64,000 bases of DNA from Podarcis gaigeae (Eukaryota). Under the pieces are notes generated by a model. It worked only from the letters and a program-made list of their open reading frames with translations, was not told the DNA's origin and made no database searches. The position numbers and the translations under genes were made by a program. Of the stretch, positions 12,534 to 25,836 are shown piece by piece (positions within the stretch are counted from its first letter, which is position 1; each line of letters starts with the position of its first letter). The DNA lies in the NCBI GenBank assembly GCA_964106915.2, contig OZ066919.1; one strand, 5' to 3'.

Positions 12534-15500
12534 CATTTCAAGGCTGCTACTGATAGCAATAGAAGATACTGTTGCCTATCTCATCAAGACTATCTTTTGC
12601 ATTGAATTAGTTAAAAATAATAGCATCAGCATGTTTCCATCCGTTTAAAAGTGGGTTGAAATTACTTTGCACAATATTGTTACAGCCTGAAATTAATTTG
12701 GGCATGATTTATCTCAATAATACTCTTTGGAATATGCAATTTTCAATGCTAATTTAGCTCAGCTGTGTTAGATATATTTTTACACAAGGTTACCGTGTCT
12801 GAAACAGTGACTTAAAAATAATAGTATAAAGATCTTACTATATTTATTATAATGTAGAATAAAATGGTTAGTAAATAAGATAATAGAGGCAGGTTAGGCT
12901 AGAAGGCAAATAAGTTATCAATCTGGTTGGTTGGTTTAAATCAAAAAGTTGATTAGCTGTGCAATAACCCCCCCCCCCCTCAAATTTGTAGTCTCCAAAG
13001 TACATATTAATATTCCATAGCTAATAATTATTATTTTTACTATGTTGTTTTGGTACTTGTGTTAATTTAATTAATTCAGAATTATTATTTTAATTTTAAA
13101 GGACAACACAATTTAATAGACAACATAATTTAAACATGATTGTTAGGCAAATCTCTTGTTCTAAATTTTTCTGGATTTGCAGTCCAGTTTTAAGGTTGTA
13201 CCTAAGTCATACTCAGAGCAGACACATTGAAATCAATTGACATAAGTTTGTCATAATGCTTAACTTAAATCTATTAATTTAAATGAGTCTGCTCGGATAA
13301 GAGCTTATTTGGATACTACTCAGATAGTTTTTTCTGTTGGTTGATGCTATTTTAAATGTGTTTTCAGTGGTTTGTATCTTTACTATTTCTTTTTGCCTTC
13401 ATATATTTTTATGATTCCAGGCTGCCTTGAGAACCTTTATTAAGGCCCCCAAAGACAAGTTATAGATGACTTAATTAATTAATAGGTTTTCACCTGAATT
13501 TGTGGCAGATCATTGTGGTTCAGTTTCTCATGGTGCATCTGCAATAAGGTTTACTTCACTTGTCCTGTACTTCACTGCAAAACAGAAGTACTATCTAGAA
13601 ATAGGAGCACTGTCTACAGTTTCTCAAGTCGGTGATACAGACAAAGAGACAAATGCAATTCATATACTGCTGTTGTACAGTTAACAACAAACATGTGGGC
13701 ACATCCTTAGGCTCCAAAATTACCTTTTAGTAATGTATATCAACAACAGCAACATAATGTAATTATAGGAGATCATCAACTGTAATTTATACATAGTGAT
13801 ATGATAAAGCAAACATGCAGTGGAACTAAAGTGCATATCAATTATTTTGTAGACACAATGATCAAAAATTAACAATGGGGTTGTTTTTTAATGCAATGAA
13901 GAAAGTATTTCATTTGTATACCTTTTCATAATTATTTGGCCAAACTCCAAATATTAATTGTTATTAACTGTGGGTCGTGTTTAGTAGTCAACCTTGGAAG
14001 CCAGGGATTTTTCGGGGCTTTCTAGCTTTTGAAATAAAGAAAGAATGTTTGGGCCTTTAGGGAAATTTAATATTAGACTACTGCTGTCTATAAAATGTGA
14101 GTTTCTGTGAATGCTTAATTGTGCATCTGTAAAGGAAAGATTAATGTAATGTTGTGCATAATATATATACCTCAAGTCTGCCAAACTTTTCTGTTCTGAA
14201 TACGCACAATAAAAAAATGTATTCAGTTTCTCTTTAAACAGAAGTCTTTTATAAGCCATTAAGGTAAACAGAAGCCTTGCAGTTTGTCTTAGAAACAATG
14301 AAACCATAGTGGCCTGTATATGCACTGATGTATCACAATAAAAATAAAAATTGGTATGCCACTAGTGCTGTTTGAGGCCATGAAACAGGGAAACAAAGCC
14401 AGCACTGCTTTGAGGTATGTTCCTGTGTGTGCTAATGTGTACATGCATGTGGGCAAAAACTTCATATCTGGGGATGATAGAAGAGAGTTTGATGATCTGT
14501 TGTGTGCATGGACAAGTTGGTCTCAGTACTGTTCAAGTGGAAGTGGATGATCATCCTTTCAGTGCAGGTTGGTGCTTCGAGGAGCAGCATATGTAACCTT
14601 ATTTTAAAGAGGACATCTTATTCATGTCTACTCAGAAATAACACTCACTGAGTTCAGTGAGATTTCCTCTCATGGAAGCGGATATTGGTTTGCAGCCCTG
14701 TCATCTGTGTGTGAGAGGGGAGGGGGAGATTCTATTTTTCCCTCAATATCTGCCTCGGCTTTTTTAATCCGCTCAGGCATTTTTAATTGCATCCACATAA
14801 TTCTCCAGTCTTGACTTATGCATTGAGCTTGGCAAACATAACTAAAGTCAGTTGAGAAGTTGGAATGAAGCCCTCACATATGTTCTAGCTGTAGGCTCCA
14901 TCATAATGCTCAACATACACGTAATGTTGAGAAGCCAGCTGGAAGCACCCCATTGTCGATTAGTTTGAGCAGGGTTCTTTATTCCAGTCTTTTGGAAATT
15001 ATTTCCATCTGCCCTGCGTTCTCCAAATCCTGTGATAGTTCGTAAGAATAGAATTATTGGTTTAGGCCTAGATTTACAACCTATGGTATCTTCCTGTAGA
15101 GTGCTGTAGAGTTCTGAAATTCCCAAGCAACTTAGTGTCTTTGAAAACGACTTTACATGGATCCCAAGTCTAGCAGCTAAAATGTAAATCAGGAAGTCTC
15201 TTCTCCAAAACTTGCCACAGCCACAAACTCATCAGGTGACGTGGGGAAATTGCTTTCAGATCCAGCCTCCTCAATAGAATCATGAGATGCCAAACCTACT
15301 GGCCTCTTTGAAGATTCCACAATTATTTAAGGTTATTGTTGCAAAGCTGACCCTCCTACTTATTAGGCAGAGCATGGCACAGCAGTAGCTCTGTTGGTGC
15401 AGGGGGACAGAGACAGTGGAGATGTTTCACTTGTCAGGATGGGGATAGCGGTGGCGATCAGGAGAGCCTCATGGTGACAACCCCACAGGTGTGCACATAC

Positions 15501-15941
15501 CTGCTGGGCAACCATCACCAACTCAAAGCTCTCTCAACCTCGCTGCCAGTACCACCACCCCCACTCTTGATAAGCATAGGGGCACTGGGAGGATGCCACT
15601 GGCTCCACTTCTCTTCACAAGCTGCCATTGGTGAGGCAGCTGCCTCAGATGGCTGATGCAAAGGGTTGGGGGGGTGAGCTGTTGGAAGACAGAGCTATGT
15701 GTGCTACATGTGCTACACTGTTTAAGGTGAACAAATATTCTACAGACTTTACTACTTTCAGATGCAGTGTAGGACACTGCTTGGTGGGCACGGCAGGTCG
15801 AGGGAGCAAAACACACACCCTGTCAGGGGGGGGCTTTTGCTCCCCATCACCAGTTTTCCCAGAAACAGGTCTTCTAATTTGGGGACAGGGAGAGATAAAC
15901 AAGGGAGATTGTTTAAAGTTTTTTGAGGGGTACTCACAAGT

Positions 15942-16040
15942 TTGTTGTTGTTTAGTCGTTTAGTCGTGTCCGACTCTTCGTGACCCCATGGACCAGAACC
16001 AGAGAACGCCAGGCACCTCTGTCCTCCACTGCCTCCCGCA
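15942..16040 (-). mobile_element. Bov-B/RTE LINE, 5'-truncated 3' end with (CAA)n tail
   Basis: ttgttgttgtttagtcgtttagtcgtgtccgactcttcgtgaccccatggaccag...cctccactgcctcccgca; 12-bp TSD gtactcacaagt at 15930-15941 and 16085-16096. Confidence 0.8.
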
Positions 16041-16590
16041 AGTACTTTAGGGGAATTCTCACAAAAATTCTCACACAAAAAAAAGTACTCACAAGTACTT
16101 TAGGGGAATTCTCACAAAAATCCAATTATTTCTGAGGCAAAGAGGAAGGTGTTTGCCATTCTCTAACTGGAGGGCCTATTTTTCCCTAAAGAGATTTTAG
16201 GGGATTTCAGAAACACAAACTGCAATATCACTGGAAAGCAGCCTGCATTCAAAAGCAGAACTATAGCAGGCACATTTTTTCTGCTTCTAATTCTGTATTA
16301 TTTTCAAAAATTAGCTGTGGGTTTGTGTAGATGAAGGCATCTAGTGGATAAGGAGAAAACTCTGAATACTCTCCAACAGTGGGAACTATACAGTATGCTG
16401 TTTTCAGTTGCATATTACAGTATATAAATCACCCTTTCATATATGTCAGGCCTATGAAATCTGTGGGCCTCCAGATTTTGATGAACTACAACCCCCATCA
16501 GCCTTGTTCAGCCAGTATGGGCTATGGTCAGGGAAGATAGGACTTGTGATTCAGCAACTTCTAGAGGGCCACTTACGTTACCAATATATA

Positions 16591-17083
16591 CCGTATTTTT
16601 TGCCCTATAGGGCACATTTTTCCCCCTTTAAAAATGAAGGGGAAATGTCCTATGGGGTGAATGCAGGCTTTCGCTGAAGCCTGGAGAGCGAGAGGGGTCG
16701 GTGCGCACCAACCCCTCTCGCTCTCCGGGCTTCAGGAAGCTATCTGCAACCCTTGCAAGCTCGGCGGGAGTTCCCGCGGGCTCGCAAGGCTTGTGGGCAG
16801 CAGCCTGCAGTCCACAAGCTCAGGGGACAGTGGGGAGGCGCAGCGCACCTTCCCGCTGTTCCCCGACCTGGTTTGGAGGCTGGCGCTGGGGAGAAGCCCC
16901 ACAAGCTCAGGGGACAGCGGGGAGGCGGAGCGCCACCATCCCGCTGTTCCCCGACCTGGTTTCGATTCCCCGACCTGGTTTGGGGGGGGAAATAAAGGGG
17001 GAAATTTCCTTTATTTCCCCCCCCAAAAAAAAAAACTAGGTGCGTCCTATGGGCCGGTGCGCCCTATGGGACGAAAAATACGG
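16591..17083. mobile_element. pogo/Tigger/Tc2-like MITE
   Basis: TA TSD on both sides; TIRs ccgtattttttgccctatagggc / gccctatgggacgaaaaatacgg; internal ~63-bp duplication (~16812-16874 and ~16899-16962); CpGs retained, so young. Confidence 0.85.
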
Positions 17084-17305
17084 TATTTAATGCATTTGGC
17101 ACTATTAATCATACTTGCACATTTCTAACTCATTCCAGTGGGGTTTGTGCCAGAGAGGATCCCAGGGAAATGTGTCCATGTATGGTTGAAATTAAACATG
17201 GGTCAATTGTGTTCATGTACCATTTTGCAACAAAATTGTATCAAAAATATTTGGAAATGAGAAAAACATAACTATCACAAAGCATATTACTTCAGATTAC
17301 ATGCA

Positions 17306-17438
17306 CATTGTACATTTAAACCACATACACCAAGAATCCTGGGAACTGTAGTTTACTCCTTACAAAGCTACACTTCCCAGCACCCTTAACAAACTACAAT
17401 TCCCAGAATTCTTTGGGTGGGTGTGCTTTAAATGCATT
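17306..17438. repeat. Imperfect hairpin MITE relic
   Basis: catttaaaccaca...agaatcctgggaactgtagttt ... aaactacaattcccagaattct...tgtgctttaaatg inverted arms. Confidence 0.6.
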
Positions 17439-18664
17439 GTTTGTGGCAGCCTTCCTGCTGGCTTCCAGTACTTAAAAGTTACATTTAGCTGAAATTTGTT
17501 CCCTTTCCTATACTGGGAGGCATAAATTATATAAAGGCTTGTCATTTCAGACACCAGTGATTTATTCAATGCTTACAATGCTCTAGGTTATCAGAGTTTT
17601 GAAACTTCCCCAACTTATATTAGTACTCATAATTATTAAGTATGAGTAGTAAGAATGTAAACTAACTGTGCACCTGTTTGTAATTAATGCAGAGTGGCAG
17701 TTTTTAGCTGCAAATAGCACTTGTGGCTCATTCATTGGCACTAAAGACTAGCAGGGACTTTACTTATCCGTTAAAAGACAGCACTTTTAACAGCACTTTA
17801 TAAATGAGCTACAATATAAGCATATGTATGCGGAGAGAGAATACTTTCACGACTGTATCCTGAAATCACTAGCTGTATTCTCACATTCTTACTGAGGCCA
17901 GGAACAGAGCAGAACAAGAACCATACTGATAACACATGGTTTATTTGGGCTGGGATTGTGCTGATTCAGAACAACCATCCTACTGACTACCAGCCTTTCA
18001 AGCGATAAAGCCTATGTATGCTTACTCAAAGGTAAGTCCCACTGAACTGAATAGGCCTTACTCCTAAATATGTGTGCATGAGGTTGCAACCAGGCAGCCT
18101 GATCCTATTCGGAGTTTAGCTCAGATTTTCCTCTGATGTGTTAGCTTTAAACAAGTAGGTGTTTATAAAGGAAGGAAACATTTAAAGCAGCTATGTGTAA
18201 TTCTGTATGCCTAATTGTATTAATCTGTTGTACAGTCTCTTGTTTCCCAGCCTTACCTTTTTGTGGGGTTACTTCATTTTATCCTCACAACAACCCTGTG
18301 AGCTAATGTTTCTGTGGGCTTTACTGAGAAGGAATTTGAACCCAGGTTTTGTTGACTTCAGTTCATTTCAATGCTAACCATTACACCATACCAGGTCTTC
18401 ATGGGAAACCTGCATTCTGAATGGCCCTGTTCTGGGAATAACAAATGATAACAAATATATGCTCTATGCGGGGCTACCCTTGAAGACACTTCAACTCTTG
18501 AAACACAACAGCCAGATTACTGGCTGGGGTTGTCTTTAGAATTTATACAACCGCTCTTCTGAAACAGCTGCATTGGCTGCTGGTTCATTTCTGAGCCCAG
18601 TTCAAGGTGCTCATTCTAAACGGCTTAGGCCCAAAATGTCTACTTCCCTACAGATCCTCTTGGA

Positions 18665-19007
18665 CAGGGGTCCCCAAACTAAGGCCTGTGGGCCGGATAA
18701 GGCTCAAGGGACTTGTTTATCCAGCCCGCGGCAACCCCCGCCGCCTGCTGCCGCCACCCGCTCTTACCGGTGCTGCGCTGAGTGGCTGCCCACTTCTGGG
18801 TCGCAAGCGTTATTTCCTGTGCACATCCGGGTTGGAGGAGGCCCATGCACATGCGCACAAGCTATTTTCGGTGCTCCTCCAACCCAGAAGTGTGGCAGAA
18901 ATAGTGTGTGCACACACGTATAGGCACACACTCCCCCGCTCTCCGGCCCACTGTGTGATCAGCGTTGGAGACACCGGCCCAGGGTGCAGTAAGTTTGCTG
19001 ACCCCTG
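18665..19007. mobile_element. hAT-like MITE inserted in an L2-like LINE relic (~18455-19300)
   Basis: TIRs caggggtccccaaact / agtttgctgacccctg; TSD ctcttgga/ctcttggg (7 of 8). Confidence 0.8.
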
Positions 19008-19699
19008 CTCTTGGGTGTTAAGATCAGCAGATAGGGCTCTCTTGGTAGTACCATTGCTCTCAGAAGGGTGGCAGAGGCCCAGAAGAGGGCAGTTGTGCTA
19101 TTCACTCCCCATAGAGGTGCATCTAGCACATGCATTATACATCCTTCTGGGAATGCTGAAAGACACACCTGTTTACCCTGGTCTTTGACATCTGAGATGT
19201 GTGTTTTCAGAATCTACCCTACTCCTGTGACTATAATTTGTTTAAACTGTTTTGATTCTGGATTTTAGATTGTTGTAACCCGCTCCAAAACCCGGTGAAG
19301 GGTTTGTAATCAGTATGATGAGGATGTTGATGGACTTCCTCCAAGCACCAGCATCAGGTGCTCTTGGGGCTGGCTCTTATGCTACTCAACAAAAGTTGAC
19401 ATTGAATCCTAATGCAGGCTTGCAATTAATTAGCCACTTCCCCATTTCTCCATGGTGAGTAATGATTCCTTCTGGGCAAGCAGTTAGCCAGGTGCACTCT
19501 GCAAAGCACACTGTGCTCCCAATTCCTCCAGTGCATTGAAAAGTTTTTGTGCTTATCTGGAAGGTTGCATTAATGAAACTAATGTTAACTAATAACAGAC
19601 TTAGGTGATATTCAAGGATTTGGAAGTACCATAAACACATTAGAGTATGTGCAGTGTTTTAATGCGCCATTAATAGGCATTTAGAGGTACCCGCACATA

Positions 19700-19924
19700 C
19701 AGTGGTACCTTGGGTTACATACGCTTCAGGTTACAGATTCCGCTAACCCAGAAATATTACTTCAGGTTAAGAACTTTGCTTCAGGATGAGAACTGAAATT
19801 GTGCGGCGGCGGCACAGCAGCAGCAGGAGGCCCCATTAGCTAAGTGGTGCTTCAGGTTAAGAACAGTTTCAGATTAAGAACAGACCTCCGGAACAAATTA
19901 AGTTCTTAACCTGAGATACCACTG
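19700..19924 (+). mobile_element. Tc1/mariner-type MITE, family A copy 1
   Basis: TA TSD; TIRs cagtggtaccttgggtta / taacctgagataccactg; repeated internal ttcaggtta motifs; homologous to the copies at 58684 and 59335. Confidence 0.85.
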
Positions 19925-20569
19925 TATTTGAAACACCTTTCTTTCCCTCTTTCCTCTTCCGGTGAATGCCCTGCCCTTTGCTGATTTTAAGTGGCTTACT
20001 GCTAGAGGCCCATCTCAGCTTCTGTGGGTGAAAGCGAGTGTAGTGGAAGTGGCTTCGACACATACTCTGTGGCAGAGAACGCGTGTCAAGACCATGTCCG
20101 CCACATTTTGAATGTGTGTTTGCCTATTGTTTGTACAGTACCAGGTGCACAGCTGGTGCATTAGGTGATGGTGGTAGGCATGACCCATCCAAGACAGGAG
20201 AGAATTAAGCTAATCCTTATGTCTCCTTCCATTGAAACCAATGGACCTTCAAGAGAATAACATAATACGTAGATGGCCTAGAGATGATGTTTATTTCTAA
20301 GGGATAATGACATTAATGAACAATGTTGATGCAAAAATAACACTGAGCACGTGTGTATTTGTACTGTGTCTATTCTTTTCACACATCCTGTGGTTATTTT
20401 CCTGTGTGTCTGTTTTGCTTAACACACAAGTCCCTGCTCTCTTTTCTTCCCCATCCACTTCCACAACTCTCCAATAACCCCGATACATTTGGAACACACA
20501 GTGCAGCGGTAACACAAATGTGGTAGTGATGGTGATGGTTTAAAAGTCTGACGATGGCCCCCTTGGCAT

Positions 20570-21570
20570 TAACAGGAGGAGGAGGAGGCGAAGGCTATTG
20601 GGGCAAGCAGCCTTGGAGCACCCCTGTTCTCAGGGACTTTCCTCCCCAGGCTCAGCGGCTGCTTACCTTCGCCAGCCCGTGCAGAGCGTAGGTTTTGTGC
20701 CTTCCCTTTGCCCGTGGGGTGTGTGTGTGTGTCTGCTAGAGACAAGCGCGCTGCAGCAAAGTCGTGCTCTGCTTGCAAGTGACCGGATTCCGGCAGCCGC
20801 GCCGTGAACGTCACTTTCCCCCTCCTACGTGCCTCGCTCGCTCCGTCTAGACTTTTTTTTTCCCCGCCGCCGCCGCCGCTTCCCTCCCCCCCCCCCCCAT
20901 ACAACCTGCATTACAAGGCGCTTGCCCACAGTAAGGAAAAGGACTGTTTTCGTGTTTTTCTCCCCACTTTTAAGCTACTCGGATTCCTTAAAAACAACAG
21001 TTGTTTAGAAATCTCCAGAGGGAGCACTGCGGGGCAGGCGCCCAGCCGCCCGCCTCGTCCAGCGTCCTCGCTCTCGCTTTCTCCAAAGCGACCTGCGGCG
21101 GGAGCGATGCGGGACTCGCTGCTGCGATCAATCATCTGGGCGATTCTCCTCCGTGCTTAAACTTCCATTATTCAGCTGAATGTTGGCGGGTGGGTAGTGG
21201 TTTGGGGCTTTAAATATATATATATATTTAAATATATATATATAAAGATAAATGCACGATGGACTGCGGCAAAAAAGGCACTTGATGGAGCCCCCTGAAT
21301 TCTGCAGCAGCAGGATCGGCTGGCAGTGAAGGGGCAAACCAGCAGCCCGGACTGGATCCTTCCCTTTCCTCGTCCTGGGTTTTCTCGGCTCTGCCTTTCC
21401 AAGGGACTGCAGAACAAGCGCTGGGATTTACACGAGGATTCGGTTCTGTACCCGAAGCTCCGTTTTATGTGTTTTGCAATTGTTGTATGTGCGTGGCGTG
21501 TGTGTGTGTCGCTTATTGTCTTTTGCGTTCGTTTATGTTCTCTGTATCGCTTTTCCCCACCGATTTTGGA
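20570..21570. promoter_or_regulatory. Distal CpG island about 21 kb upstream of the NFIA ATG
   Basis: Sharp rise in GC/CpG, (CCG)n at ~20863-20879, no TE hallmarks (no TIR, TSD or tail). Confidence 0.7.
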
Positions 21571-22647
21571 AAATATTTCAGATGGTGGCAATTATATGTT
21601 AACTCTATTTTTTTTAAAAAATGAAACCCACTCTTCTCTTGGGGGTTTGTGATGGGGTGGATCGGGAGGCGATGGGATCCTAAGCACTACAATCCTACAC
21701 ACACACACACACACACACACAACTTTGAAGGAAATGTCAATATAACTGTGTGTGTTAAGGAGCGAGGTGTTTTATTTGCTGCCTGGGGCTGCAGGGCGAT
21801 CGATTCAAAATGCCCTTGCTGCACATCCAATGACTGTGTAATAAAATAAAATAATAATAATCATATGCTGTGACCTATGCGACTCCCTGGTCAATATCCC
21901 CTTGATGCTGATGATACTAGGGAGAGGCGCAGAGGTTATGAAGGATAATGCTGACCCAGCTATTTACCCCTCTCCTTTGAATATATACCACTCTCTTCTG
22001 ACATGAGGACTAAAAAGCTGCTGTTTTGCACTCCCACTTTCTTTAATACTGGCCATGGTGTGGGGGGCGAGACCTAATGGGAAAGCAAAGGATGTTGAAA
22101 AGGATCATTCCGTAGAAATACTTTTAAGTGACAGGTCAAACCATTCTGGAAGGTAGATCCTTGAGTGTAGGGGGGGAAAATCCAGTGGGTAAAAATGTCT
22201 CCCATTCACAAAAAAGAATGGCAGAGTCTCTCTACTAGGTAGATAGCATGCCGCAGACTGCCAGCCGCAAGAGCTAATTGTGGTATCAGTAAAACCTAAT
22301 AACACACTGGCAAGTCTAATATTAAACCCCACCTCATTGTTCACTTCTATGTCAACTTCCTAAAAAAATAATGTAAGTATGGTTTAAGAGAGTTGAACTG
22401 TAGAAGAAACTAGAAGTGAGCACCTGCCAGTTCTACCCATCTGCAGGCTCCAAGGCTTGCAGCGTTTCTTCCTCGAATAACCGTCCAAATCTGAGGATTA
22501 TAATTAATGGCTGAGGTGTAAAGAAAGACATGGGGATGGGGAGTGGGTGTCCCCCTCCTGCTGAAAAATAAAAAGCTGCACATTCTCACTTAACCATTTT
22601 AAAGGATATGTTTTGCTGCATGCAAAAATTGGAAAATGGATTCTTGA

Positions 22648-22650
<3 letters not shown>

Positions 22651-22690
<40 letters not shown>
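22651..22690. repeat. (TAA)n microsatellite
   Basis: Direct reading. Confidence 0.95.
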
Positions 22691-23051
22691 TTTAAAAAAT
22701 AGACCCAGAAGATGAATTCTGCTTGTATGTGGATGTTGGTGTATCGAATTTAATCAACATACACAAATTGAGCCAAATTGTCCCTGTTTAATTCCTATGT
22801 GGCCCATTCCTAAGACTTGCTGCGTCTGCAGGTGCTTAGCACTGGATGAACCAACACCAGCAACCTCATAGTGCTGCACCAGTGGTACAACTGTGTTGCA
22901 CTGGTGTAGCCAGCATCTATGGTGGTACACAGGGGCCTGTCGTTTTGCATATTTATGTTGTTTTTAGGTATTTTGGGGGGATGTTTTTAAAATTATGCTT
23001 TCACTGGAATATTCTACTTTGAAATGAAAGCTAACCACCAGTTGAGACTGA

Positions 23052-23093
<42 letters not shown>
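23052..23093. repeat. (CTTT)n microsatellite
   Basis: Direct reading. Confidence 0.95.
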
Positions 23094-25580
23094 CTGTCTG
23101 TCGCTAGGTACTGATACATATTCAAAAAGTATAGTTTTGAAATTAGTTTAAAATATGTTTCAAAAATGTAATAGTCCGTCACAGAATGCAATATTGCGTA
23201 TGACGCAACTGCTGTGTTTGTAGGCCAGACCGCGACTGTACCAGGCATTTCAGTGCAGCAGTTCAAAGTATTCTATAGCTCAGTTGTACGCATATTGTCT
23301 CAGTAGTAACGTCCATGAAATTTAATGGGGCTGACTAATGTAGGTGTGCACAGGAATGCAGCTTGAGACAAACATTTCAGACCCAGAAATTAACATGCAT
23401 TGATTTAGATGTTATCTTGTCACCTGAATCCTAAGAACATTTAAGTGGATGCAAATCCCATTGATTGAGATGGGATTTACACCTGCATAATTATTCTCAG
23501 GATCATAGCCCCAGGCATCATTCATTTATAAAATGTCTTAGTCATGATCTTAGCTCCTGAAGGAGATGCATATATTAAAATATAAATATTGAATCTTCTG
23601 AAAATATATTTACAGAACAAATCTGTACGGAAAAATTGAATGCGACTTTTTAAAAAATAGACGTTTAATTCTTATTTTTATGTAAATGCATTAACAAGGT
23701 CATGTAAGGTAGAAGGCAGAATAGTATGTCCAATGATGATTTTTGTTTTTTTTTTAAGAAACCTTTATATTATAAAAATTATTTCGTCTTGCTCTGAGTT
23801 ACAGTGCAATCCTATACAGGTGTACTAAGAAGTAGCTTCCATTGAATTAAATGAGATGTGTATTGGGTATGTATAGGAATATTATAATTTTTTCTGTAAG
23901 TGTCCATGGAATCAAGTGTCTATCTGTAAAAGTTGTCTGTGTTTTTCTGCTAATCCTAATCATCATTAACATGTATATTAACTTTATTAATTTAAAAAGT
24001 GTAGCACATTTCAAGTTCCTTAAACTTCACTGTATGGTAAACTGTTTTTCTTTTCTATGCACTGAAATTTGCACCAAAAAATTATATTTCTGTTTATAAC
24101 TTAGGTTCTGAATTAGAGAAAATAAGACTTATAAAATATATAATTTTCCCTATTTCCGTAATGGGGTGGGGTGGGGAATATACGCTTTTTCACACTTTGA
24201 ACATACACACTTCCTTCATGTTATACATCTCAATATATAGGTTTGGTTCAACTTCTAGTTTTAAAAGCCAGTTTAGAGCCAGGCATTGTGATACATAACC
24301 AGCAGTGATAAAATAACTGCTGGAACTTAGTACCTTATCTCTTCCTGAATATACAGTGGGTAGTATCCGCTGTATCATACTCTCAAGTAGACAAACTGAA
24401 AACAACTTAAGTCCTTTAACTTCAATGGAAATACACTTGAGTATAATTTATTACCCAGTTTCTTTAGGGCACAAGGTTTGCCCCAATAAGTTATGGTACT
24501 TAAGGAAGTTGAAAATATGACTTGAAGATCATCGTCATTGGAAAAATGCTCTGCCATTTCTCATATGAATTTTGTTGTCTATTTTTGAGAAAGTAGCAAG
24601 TTACAATCTTGTTACAATCTTGTTACAATCTACATTTTTGCCTCAATTCTAGAATTTCAGATTCAATAGCATATAAAGTAGCAAACAACTATAAAAGGCA
24701 GACAAAACTAGTCAGTTCGCTTTTTTGACACTGTAGCAAAATAGTCACATAAATCAGCCATTTAATCACCATAGTCCATAAATACAGTTTGCAGTAATTA
24801 TGCCTCTTAAAAACATTGTGCATTTTGAAACATATTTTACTGCAGTTTTTCTGTTTGTTTTCTTATTGCAGTGAATATATATAAGAGCAGGCCTCAGATT
24901 ATCTTGTTATGTATAGATTTGTAAGCCAATTTGACAAATTTGAGTTGTAACTTGCTTTTAACTAATAAATTTAAAAAATGTAAAATTTATTATTAAATAA
25001 CACAACATTCCATAATTTTATCCTGAGGATATGATTTCTATTTGTGAAACAATAGCAAATTCTATGTAAAACTATCAGCCCCATTGCTGGACTCAAAAGA
25101 TTTATAACCATGCTATATGCATTGATCTCCTTTTTACAGGGACAGTCCTGATTAAATACCCACATTTTTTTAATGTGCAATGAAAGGTTTCATTGATTAT
25201 TTGTACCAATAACTGATAAATGCTCTTAGTATAGTAATAATTAGCTTTTAGTGCTAATTATTTATAACCTGACACAATATAAAATTATTGATCTGGAAAG
25301 CAAGACCTATTGGTAGCGTAAGAATACAAATTTCTAAGTGCAGATAAATAATAAATTGTAACCATTGATATGGTAGAGTTGTTTGTGAAATAGTACAGCC
25401 CTTGGCTGGCTGATTGGCTTGTTGTTTTTAAAGCCTCTCCAAAGAAAGATGGCTTGGTGTACTTTATTGATGGTATGGTTTAATGAAGAATTATTATATT
25501 CTCCATACGCCACAATATTTGTTCAATCTTCAAATGGTTTTCTTTTTCTTTGAAGCTACAGTTTGGGTTTATAGTTTTCC

Positions 25581-25836
25581 AGAGCCAGTGTGGTGTAGTG
25601 GTTAAGAGCGGCAGTCACATAATCTGGGGAACCGGGTTCGCGTCTCCGCTCCTCCACATGCAGCTGCTGGGTGACCTTGGGCCAGTCACACTTCTGTGAA
25701 GTCTCTCAGCCCCACTCACCTCACAGAGTGTTTGTTGTGGGGGAGGAAGGGAAAGGAGGTTGTTAGCCGCTTTGAGACTCCTGAAGGGGAGTGAAAGGCG
25801 GATATCAAATCCAAACTCTTCTTCTTCTCTTCTTCT
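25581..25836 (+). mobile_element. tRNA/CORE SINE with (CTT)n tail (Squam3-like)
   Basis: A box tggtgtagtgg, B box gggttcgcgtc, CORE-like ctgggtgaccttgggccagtcac, L2-like 3' end gttagccgctttgag and ctcttcttctt tail. Confidence 0.75.

Noticed and set aside
18607-19188. 193-aa ORF
   Set aside because: It runs across a MITE and the flanking LINE relic, so it is chance.
21582-21590. ATG|GTGGCA as another ATG-only first exon at the distal CpG island
   Set aside because: The donor is a poor match to the 5' splice consensus.
24600-24631. Short tandem duplications (gttacaatctt x3; also 1795-1836 and ~63945-63976) as an array system
   Set aside because: Ordinary slippage duplications with no spacers and no CRISPR-like structure; the DNA is eukaryotic.
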